Positions 56,146-64,000 of a stretch of 64,000 nucleotides of DNA are shown here, piece by piece. The DNA is from an uncultured delta proteobacterium. GTDB taxonomy: Bacteria > Myxococcota > Myxococcia > Myxococcales > Myxococcaceae. The DNA lies in NCBI GenBank assembly GCA_963713045.1, contig CAVQKE010000004.1:960001-1024000 (forward strand), written 5' to 3'. The position numbers and the translations under genes are program-made. The notes under the pieces were generated by a model. It was not told the DNA's origin and searched no databases. It saw only the letters and a program-made list of their open reading frames with translations. Each line of letters starts with the position of its first letter. The first letter of the stretch is position 1.

Positions 56146-59100
56146 ATGGAGCGTCGCGTCCTCATCGTCGAGAGCCAGCACGAATTCGCCCTCACCATGG
56201 CGTCTGTCCTGCGCACCGCAGGCTACCAGACGGCCACCGCCGACACGGCGGCCGATGCCCAGCGCGAGCTGGAGCTGCGTCGGCCAGATTTGGTGGTGCT
56301 GCGGGCCGAGCTGCCCGACCAGTCCGGCTTCGTGCTGTGCGGGCAGATTAAGAAGGGCAAATTCAGCCACCCGATGCCGGTGCTGCTGCTCAGCTCGGAC
56401 GTGGGGCAGGACGGCCTCAACCAGCACGCGCAGAGTCCCAACGCCGCTGACGCCTACTTAAGCATCCCCTTCCAAATGGACGACTTGGCGCAGATGACAT
56501 CCGGGCTGGTGCCCCTGGACGACGTCGAGCAATCGCTGGAGAACGCGCTGAGCGGCACCATCCTCACGCCCACCCGGGAAATGGCCGCGGTGCCGCCCCC
56601 CCTGCGGGCGCCGCCGCCGGGCAGCCCGCCCCGGCTGCCACGCCGTGAGCGCCGCAGCGCCCTCAACGACGACGACCGGGCCTTCCTCGACCGCGCCTTC
56701 CAGTCCATCGCCGACCGCAAGGCGGAGCTGTTGGCCGAGTCCCGTCAGGTCCGCCGGACGACGACCCGCCGCGAGCAGATGGGGACGCCGGAGGGGAAAA
56801 TCCAAATCCTCCGCGATGAACTCAAAGCCCGTGAGGCGCAGCTGGCACGCATCTCCGAAATCTGGACGGTGCGCGAGCGCGAGCTGCTCAGCGTCGAAGA
56901 CCGTCTGCATGAGAAGGACGTCGAGCTGCAGGGGCTGAAGATGCAAGTCGATGACTTGCTCCGCCGCTTCAACGACGCCCAGGCCGCCATGCTCCAGAAG
57001 GAGCGCGAGCACGGCGCCACCGTGGATGACTTGCTGCTGCAGAAGTTTGCCACCGAGAAGGACCTGATTGAGGTGGTGGCCAGCAAGGAGCGCGACCTCA
57101 ACACCGCCCGCCGAGACCTCCTGGCTGGCGAGGACGAGCTGCAGCGGGCGGCCGCGGCCGCGGCCCAGGCCGCCGAGTCGCATGCCGAACTGGAGCGCCA
57201 GCTGTCGGTCACCACCCTCGAGGCGGAGGTGCTCGAGCAGAAGCTGACCGAGGAGCTGCGGCAACAGACGGCTCGCGCCAACCAACTCGACACCGAGCTC
57301 GCCCTGTTGCGCGAGGCACTGGCTCGCACCGAGGCCGAGCGCAACGCCCACGACGAGGAGAATGCCCGCAGCATCGCCTCCCTCCGAGAGGAGTTGGAGC
57401 GGACCAAGGCCACCAGCGCCGCCACCATCCAGCAGCTGGAGGCCAGAGCCAGCCAGGCGGAGGCCCACGGCCAAGCCCGGGACGCCGAGGTGGCCACGCT
57501 GACCGAAGCCCGCAGCAAGGCCGACGTCGAACACGCCCAGACGACGGAGGCGCTGGAGCAGCGCCTGTTCGCCGCCGAAGCGCGCGCGGAGGACCTCCGT
57601 CTGGAAGTGGAGCACCTCACCGCGCAAATGGCGGACCGGCTGGCCGAGCGCGACGCCAAGCTGCAGGCGACGGAGCGCGAGCTGGCGGTCGCGGTGGAGC
57701 AGCGCGAGGCGGCCGATGCGGACTTCCACCGCCAAATCCAAACCAAGCTGGAGCGCATCGGCGAGTTGGAGGGCGAACTCGACGCGGCCCGGGCTTCGGC
57801 CGAAGAGCGCGAGGCCGAACTGGCGACGGAATACGCGGCCCTGGTGGAGGCCAAGCGGGTCGCGGAAGCAGACCTCACCGCCCGCCTGGAGGAGGCGCTT
57901 CGGCAGAAGCGGGGCACCGAGGAGGAATTGACAACGGAGCGCGCCGCGCGCGCCGACGTCGCTGGCCAGCTGGCAAGCACTGCCACCGCGCTGCGCCTGC
58001 GCGACGCCGAGCTGGCCGACGCCCGCGCCGAGCTGGAACGCCGGGCCGTGGCGGCGGCGGAATTCATGAAGCAGCTGGAGGAGGCCGACGCCCAGAGTCG
58101 GGCCCTGGCCGAGCGCGTCACGGCGCTGGAGGGGACGGTGGGCGAGCGCGAAAGCGCGCTGGCCTCGCTGCGTGGAGAGCTGGAGGCCACCCAGCAGGCC
58201 CTCACCGAATCCCAAAGCCACCTCGCCTCCACCGAGCAGTTGGTGCTGGACAGCCAAGAGGGGCTGCAGCGCACCACCACCGCCCTGGAACAGTCCCGGG
58301 CCGCGCTGCAGCAGGAGCAAGCCGCGCTGGCCCGCGCCCAGCAACAGGCAGCCGCCCAGGCCGCACACCTGGCAGAGCTGGAGCCGGAGTTGGCCGAGCT
58401 GCAGGACCAACACGCCCACCTGAAACTGGAACTGGGCGCGCGGATGGCCGAAGTCACGCAGCTGACGGCGCGTGCCGCGACCGCCGAGGACGAGAAGCTG
58501 GCCATGGAGGAACGGCTGGCCGCCTTTCAAGAAGAGGCCGGCCGGCGCGAGGAGTTGCTGCGGGGAGACTTGACGGCCCTGGTGCAGCAGGCCGAGGACA
58601 GCCGCACCCGCATGGGGGACTTGCAGGCCGAGGCGCGACGCGAGCGCGACGCCCTGGCCCACGAAGTCCAAGCCAAAGGAGAGCAGGCCCGCGCGGCCGA
58701 CGCCCGCCTCAAGGAGTTGCAGGAGTCCGCCGATCGGCGGGTGGCCGAGCTGACCCAGAAGCTGACCGCGGCCAGCCGGGAGGCGGAGCGCGCTGGCGCC
58801 GACGCCGAGAAGCGCCGTCAGGCACTGGTGGCGCTGCAGGCGGAAAGCGCCGCGGACCGCGAGCGTCTGCAGGAAGGCTTGGGCCAGCAGCTTCGCATCG
58901 CCAGCGCGCAGGCCGAGGACTTCCGGGCGCGGCTGGAGGCAGCGGAGGCCGAGGCCCGCGCCAGTCAGGCCGAAGTGGGAGGCCAGCTGCAGGCGCTCGA
59001 GGCCGCCGGCGTGGCCGAACGCACCACCGCCAGCGCCAGAATCGCGGAGTTGGAAGCGGCGCTTGCCCAGGCCACCACCACCGCCACCGCGCGGACGCGC

Positions 59101-59622
59101 CGGGCGCAGGAGTTGGAGAATGCACTGGAGGCCTCGGCGGCTTCCAAGGTGAGGACCGAGCGGGAGTTGCAGGGCCGCCTGGCCGCCTCTGAAGCCCGAG
59201 GCAACGAAGCCACCAGCCGGCTGGCGCAGGCCCAGAAGGAGCGCAAGGAGTTGGAAGGGCGCATGGCGGCCGAAGTCAATGAGTTGGTGGCCCGCCAGCG
59301 CGCGGAACTCGAGCGCCGAGACGCCGCCAAGGCGCAGGAGGTGGCGCGCCTGCAGGCCGCCGTCCAGGAGCGCAGCCGGGCGTTGAAGGTGGCGGAACTG
59401 GAGTTGGCGCGGCTGAAGGCACGTCCGGGCGCCAGCGCTCCCCGCACCCAGGAGGTGGCAGCAGCCTCCGAGTCAGCCATCCCCCGCGGAAGTACCCCGG
59501 GCGTCGCCCGCCCGGCGCCGTCTCCCCTGCCCCGCATCCCGGAGACGAGTCAATCCGGCCGGCACCCGGACCCAGAGGACTGGAACGCCCTGGTCGACGA
59601 GTTGGACAAGCCCCGCCGCTAG
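56146..59622 (+). CDS. aglZ: Gliding motility protein AglZ (pseudo-receiver plus very long coiled coil)
   Basis: Receiver-like N-terminus with Arg at the phospho-Asp position (DLVVLRAELP), then about 900 aa of heptad repeats. Confidence 0.85.
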   Translation: MERRVLIVESQHEFALTMASVLRTAGYQTATADTAADAQRELELRRPDLVVLRAELPDQSGFVLCGQIKKGKFSHPMPVLLLSSDVGQDGLNQHAQSPNAADAYLSIPFQMDDLAQMTSGLVPLDDVEQSLENALSGTILTPTREMAAVPPPLRAPPPGSPPRLPRRERRSALNDDDRAFLDRAFQSIADRKAELLAESRQVRRTTTRREQMGTPEGKIQILRDELKAREAQLARISEIWTVRERELLSVEDRLHEKDVELQGLKMQVDDLLRRFNDAQAAMLQKEREHGATVDDLLLQKFATEKDLIEVVASKERDLNTARRDLLAGEDELQRAAAAAAQAAESHAELERQLSVTTLEAEVLEQKLTEELRQQTARANQLDTELALLREALARTEAERNAHDEENARSIASLREELERTKATSAATIQQLEARASQAEAHGQARDAEVATLTEARSKADVEHAQTTEALEQRLFAAEARAEDLRLEVEHLTAQMADRLAERDAKLQATERELAVAVEQREAADADFHRQIQTKLERIGELEGELDAARASAEEREAELATEYAALVEAKRVAEADLTARLEEALRQKRGTEEELTTERAARADVAGQLASTATALRLRDAELADARAELERRAVAAAEFMKQLEEADAQSRALAERVTALEGTVGERESALASLRGELEATQQALTESQSHLASTEQLVLDSQEGLQRTTTALEQSRAALQQEQAALARAQQQAAAQAAHLAELEPELAELQDQHAHLKLELGARMAEVTQLTARAATAEDEKLAMEERLAAFQEEAGRREELLRGDLTALVQQAEDSRTRMGDLQAEARRERDALAHEVQAKGEQARAADARLKELQESADRRVAELTQKLTAASREAERAGADAEKRRQALVALQAESAADRERLQEGLGQQLRIASAQAEDFRARLEAAEAEARASQAEVGGQLQALEAAGVAERTTASARIAELEAALAQATTTATARTRRAQELENALEASAASKVRTERELQGRLAASEARGNEATSRLAQAQKERKELEGRMAAEVNELVARQRAELERRDAAKAQEVARLQAAVQERSRALKVAELELARLKARPGASAPRTQEVAAASESAIPRGSTPGVARPAPSPLPRIPETSQSGRHPDPEDWNALVDELDKPRR

Positions 59623-59664
59623 CCAAAGCTGGGCCGCCGCCCTCCGGTTGGACGCCGCCCCCCC

Positions 59665-60420
59665 ATGGTGCTGAGCGTTGCCACCGCCCTCGTCCTCTGC
59701 CTGGCCGGCCTTCTCCTCGGCGTCGCGCTGGGCTGCACCAGCGTGGGCGGCGTGCTGCTGGTCCCCTTCCTCGCCTACGGGCTGGGGCTGCCGGTGCATG
59801 CGGCCATTGCGGTGGCCCTCTACAGCTACCTGTTGAGTGGGCTGGTGGCGGTGTCGCTGTACGCGCGGCACGGCTCCATCCACTGGCGCATGGCTGGCTG
59901 GCTTGCCGCCGCCGCGCTGCCCGGCGCCTTCTTCGGTGCGCGGCTGGCCGCTGCGCTGTCCGGCACCGTGCTGCAGGCCCTGATTGCCCTGCTTTTGGTG
60001 ACGGCGGGGCTGCAGGCGGTGCTTCGACGCCAGCAGAGAGCAGCCGAATCGCCGGCCCTGGGCGTCGCCGTGCTGCTGGCCCTGGGCGCCCTGACTGGCT
60101 TCGTCTCGGCCATGGTGGGCGCCGGCGGCGCCGTCCTCCTGGTGCCGGTGTTGGTGGCAATGGAGCAGCCCGTGCTGCTGGCTCTGGGCTTGGGACAACT
60201 GATTCAGGTGCCCATTTCCGCGGTGGCCTCCTGGGCCAACTGGCGCGCCGGCATGTTGGACCTCCGCACCGGGACGCTGTTGGCGGTGGCCCTCAGCCTG
60301 GGCATTGCGGCTGGGACGCCGCTGGCGCATGCCTTGCCACAGGCCCTGCTGCGCCGGGTGCTGGGCTTCGCCATGTTGGCCTGCGGCGCGGCGGTGGTGG
60401 TGCGGCTTCTGTGGCGGTAA
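59665..60420 (+). CDS. TauE/SafE-family (sulfite exporter-like) permease
   Basis: SVGGVLLVP and VGAGGAVLLVP internal duplication; about 8 TM helices. Confidence 0.85.
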   Translation: MVLSVATALVLCLAGLLLGVALGCTSVGGVLLVPFLAYGLGLPVHAAIAVALYSYLLSGLVAVSLYARHGSIHWRMAGWLAAAALPGAFFGARLAAALSGTVLQALIALLLVTAGLQAVLRRQQRAAESPALGVAVLLALGALTGFVSAMVGAGGAVLLVPVLVAMEQPVLLALGLGQLIQVPISAVASWANWRAGMLDLRTGTLLAVALSLGIAAGTPLAHALPQALLRRVLGFAMLACGAAVVVRLLWR

Positions 60421-60507
60421 CGCGCGCCGGCGCTCTGCCGGGGCCCCCTGGCTCCCCACAGCAGTTCTGGGCGTTCGCCTCCACAACCCATTAAGCTTGC
60501 GCGCGAG

Positions 60508-61440
60508 TTGGCTGCCTCCGCCCCCACCCCGCCCTTCGCCTCCGCTGACGACGCTCGCGCTCGCCTCGAAGCCACGGGCTATTTGGCCTCGCGGGAAATT
60601 GCCACCTGCGCCTTCCTCGCCGACGCGATGGGCAAGCCGGTGCTGGTGGAAGGGCCGGCCGGCGTCGGGAAGACGGCCTTCGCCCGCGCCTTCGGCCGGG
60701 CGCTGGGCCGGCCCATCATCCACCTGCAATGCTACGAAGGGCTGGACGAGGCGAAGGCCCTTTATGAATGGGAATATGCCAAGCAGCTTTTGTACACCCA
60801 GCTGTTGAAGGACAAAATCGGCGAGACGCTGCAGGGCTCTCGGAGCCTGGGCGAGGCGGCCGACCGCATCGCCCAAAGCGACGCCGTCTTCTTCTCCCAG
60901 CGCTTTCTCCTCCCCCGCCCCATTCTCCAAGCCCTATTGTCCGAGGAGCCCGCCCTGCTGTTGGTGGACGAGGTGGACAAAGCGGACCCGGAGTTTGAGG
61001 CCTTCCTGCTGGAAGTGCTGGCGGACAACGCCGTCACCATTCCGGAGCTCGGGACGCTGCGCGCCACCAATGTCCCGCGGGTGGTGCTGACGTCCAACGC
61101 CGCACGCGAGCTGTCCGACGCCCTCAAGCGGCGCTGCCTGCACCTCCACATTGACTTTCCCAGCCGGGAGCGCGAGTTGCGCATTCTTCGCGCCCGCTTC
61201 CCGGCGCTCCCGGCCCAGCTGGCCGAGGGCGTGGTCGCGGCAGTCGCCAAGCTGCGGGACATGGAATTGAAGAAGCCGCCCTCCATCAGCGAAACGCTGG
61301 ACTGGGCCCAAAGCCTGGTGCTCCTCAACGCCGACGCGTTGACGGCCGAGGTGGTGGCCGCCACCCTCAACGTCGTCCTCAAGTATGAGTCCGACGCCGA
61401 GCGGGCCCGTCCCCAGCTGTCCCAGCTGGCCCAGGCCTAA
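60508..61440 (+). CDS. MoxR-family AAA+ ATPase (CoxD-like)
   Basis: EGPAGVGKT, LQCYEGLD..KALYEW, LLVDEVDK, LSDALKRRC. Confidence 0.9.
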   Translation: MAASAPTPPFASADDARARLEATGYLASREIATCAFLADAMGKPVLVEGPAGVGKTAFARAFGRALGRPIIHLQCYEGLDEAKALYEWEYAKQLLYTQLLKDKIGETLQGSRSLGEAADRIAQSDAVFFSQRFLLPRPILQALLSEEPALLLVDEVDKADPEFEAFLLEVLADNAVTIPELGTLRATNVPRVVLTSNAARELSDALKRRCLHLHIDFPSRERELRILRARFPALPAQLAEGVVAAVAKLRDMELKKPPSISETLDWAQSLVLLNADALTAEVVAATLNVVLKYESDAERARPQLSQLAQA

Positions 61441-61457
61441 GGAGGCGAGGGGCCGCC

Positions 61458-64000
61458 GTGGCCGCGGGCAGCCCGCCTTCTCCCCCCGCCGTCGCCCGGG
61501 CCCAGGCCCGGCTTTCCACCGCCCTCGGCGAGGCGCGGGCCCTGGCCCTGGCCCAAGCGGCGGAGTCCACCTTTGACGCGGCGGCAGTGCTGTCCACCCT
61601 GGAGCGGCTGGTGCCCGCCCTCAGCGAGGCACCGCAGGCCGTCGGGTTGGTGGTCGCCCTGGCGCAGGGCAGCGAGGCGCTGGCGCGGCTTTTGGCGCTG
61701 CGTCCCGGCCTGTTGCGCTGGCTGGCCGGCGCGCGGCTGGAGCGGCCCTGGTCTCGGGCCCGCACCTTGGCAGCGGCGCGCGGCGCGGTGTCCGGCCTGG
61801 CGGTGGGGGACCGGGAGGGGCTGACGCGGCGGCTGCGCCGCTTCAAAGCGCGCGCGCTGCTGCGGTTGGCCGCGCGGGAGTTGTGGGCTGGCGCCCCGCA
61901 GCCGGAAGTTGGCCGAGAGCAAGCGGAGCTGGCCGAAGCGGTGCTGCGGGCGGCGCTGCCGCCGCTGGAGGCAGCCCTTCGGCTGCGGCACGGGACGCCC
62001 CAGCCGGAGGGCTTCTGCGTGCTGGGCCTCGGCAAGCTGGGCGGCGAGGATTTGAATTTTAGCTCGGACGTGGACTTGGTGTACCTCTACCGGGCGGAAG
62101 GCGAGACGTCCGGCGGCACCAGCGGCAGCGTCCCCAACCTCACCTACTACGCGCGGCTGGCGGAGGGCCTCACCCGCGCCCTCAGCCTGCAAACCGAAGA
62201 TGGCTTCTGCTTCCGGGTGGACTTGGGGCTTCGGCCGGAGGGACGCGCCGGGCCGGTCGTCCTCTCGCTGCGGGCCGCGGTGCACTACTACGAAAGGGCC
62301 GGCCGCACCTGGGAGCGCGCCGCCTGGGTCAAGGGTCGCGCCGTGGCGGGAGACGAGGCGCTGGGAAGGGAATTCCTCAAGGCCCTGGAGCCCTTCCTCT
62401 GGCGGCGCACCTTGGACTTCGGCGCGGTGGACGCGCTGCGGGCGTTGAAGGCTGAAATTGACTTGCGGGGCAAGGCCAGTGCCGAGGACGTCAAACTGGG
62501 CCCGGGCGGCATTCGCGAGGTGGAATTCTTCGCCGTGGCGCTGCAGCTGTTGCACGGGGGCAAAGCGCCCCAGCTGCGGGTGGGCAACACCCTGCTTGCG
62601 CTGCGGCGCCTGGCCGACATGGGGCTTCTCACCCAGCCGGACGCCGACGCGCTGGCCGACGCCTACGTCTTTTTGCGGCGGGTAGAAAACCGGCTGCAAA
62701 TGGTGGAGGAGCAACAGACGCAAACCCTCCCCTCCCTGCCCCGCGAGCGGCTGCGCTTGGCGAAAAGTTTGGGCCTTCCGTCGGTGGAGGCCCTGGACGC
62801 GGACCTGGGGCGCCACCGCCGCTTCGTCGCCTCCGCCTTCCAGACACTGCTGGGGCAGACGGCGCGCAATGAGACGCCGGATGAGCCGCTTCTCGCGCTG
62901 GCGCTGGACCCCGAGCTGTCCGCCGCCCGGCGCCATGAGGCGCTGGTGGCCCGTGGCTTCCTCGACGCCGAAGCCTCCCTGCGCTCGCTGGAACGGCTGC
63001 GGCGCACGCTTCTGGCCAGCGGGCTGCAGGAAGGGCCCGGGCCCGGCGTTCCGGCAGCGCACCTCCTCTCGGAGTGCGCCCGCAGCCCGGAGCCGGACCA
63101 GGCCCTCTTCTTCCTCGCCGAGTTTCTCTCCAACCTGGTGGCCCCGCTGGGGTACCTGCGGCTGTTGCTGCAGCGCCCGGCCGTGGCCCGCCGGCTGGTG
63201 GGCCTGTTTGGCCAAAGCGCCTTTTTAAGTGGCTACTTTGTCCGCAACCCGGAATTGCTGGACGTCCTGGTCCAGGCCGACAGCGGCGGCCCGCACAAGC
63301 CGCCAGAGCGGCTGGCCGCGGAACTTGGCGGCCGACTGGCCCGCTCCCCGCTGGACGAGGAGCGGCTGGGGGCCATGCGGCGGTACAAGAACGAGGAGGT
63401 GCTGCGCATTGCCCTGGGAGACATTTCCGGGGACCTCGACGTGCCGGAAGTGGCCGCGCAGCTGAGCGCCCTGGCTGACGCCTTGCTGGATGCCTGCCTC
63501 TTCCAGGCCGAGGTGGAGTTGCGCGAGCGCTTTGGGCCGCCCCGGCTGCGCGCCGGGGGGCGGGCCGCGCTGGCGGTGCTGGGCCTCGGCAAGCTGGGGG
63601 GGCAGAGCTTGGCTACCATTCGGACTTGGATTTGCTTTTCGTCTACCAGGGCGGCGGGGTGGATGAGGAGACGGCCGGCGGCAGCCGGGCCCCCATCGGC
63701 CATTCGGAATATTTCGCCCGGTTGGTGCAGCGGCTGCTGTCGCTGTTGACGGTGCAGCTGCGGGAGGGACGGCTGTACCAGGTGGACGCCCGGCTGCGCC
63801 CCAGCGGCAACCAGGGCACCTTGGTGGTGAGTGAGGTGGCCTTTGCCGAGCACCACCAGCGCCACGCCCAGCTGTGGGAGCGCCAGGCGTTGGTGAAGGC
63901 ACGCGCCGTGGCCGGCGACAGCCGCTTCGGCGCGGCACTGGTGGCCCAGGTGGTACAGCCGCTGGTGTACATGCGGCCGCTGGCCCCGGGCGCAGCGGAG
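61458..64000 (+). CDS. glnE: Glutamine synthetase adenylyltransferase/deadenylase (partial; 1-nt frameshift near 63600)
   Basis: Two NTase domains: GLGKLGGEDLNFSSDVDL/RVDLGLRPEG, and after the shift ELGYHSDLDLLFVY/YQVDARLRPSGNQG. Confidence 0.93.

Noticed and set aside
56700..59400. Repetitive GAG/GCC/CTG-rich DNA as a possible repeat array
   Set aside because: It is explained by AglZ coiled-coil heptads; there are no fixed-length nucleotide repeats with spacers.

Overview
High-GC (about 70% by eye) myxobacterial chromosome segment (Myxococcota; gene content and order recall the aglZ-aglU region of Myxococcus). Most of it is dense housekeeping and envelope backbone: tRNA-Cys, SpoIID/LytB, a TonB-C protein, gcvTHP, metF, folD, adenosine deaminase, pyrD, engB, a tetraheme cytochrome c, coaE-SDR-MaoC pair, a J-protein/Hsp70/TPR triad, argD-hslUV-xerC-aglU-trmFO, a TolQ/TolR/TolR motor, topA, LysM/CpoB-like/PgeF, a heme-motif diguanylate cyclase, DegP, GH57, aglZ, a MoxR ATPase and glnE. 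I found no rRNA, CRISPR array, transposase or prophage. The clearest sequence-level signal is near-total avoidance of GATC in the backbone (1 site in about 57 kb, manual count). Two short segments are GATC-rich and look horizontally acquired: 3.3-4.7 kb (NiCoT/UreH gene plus a gene remnant next to tRNA-Cys) and 19.5-21.4 kb (CBM9-like/serine hydrolase fusion with an attC-like remnant). Other leads are a partnerless ion motor near Tol-Pal-like envelope genes, a D-[AG]-G motif in exported proteins, a structured topA leader where dprA usually sits, and several lesions (metF, glnE, a GNAT). No complete novel system can be proven from sequence alone. All family calls are from motif recognition, not database searches.
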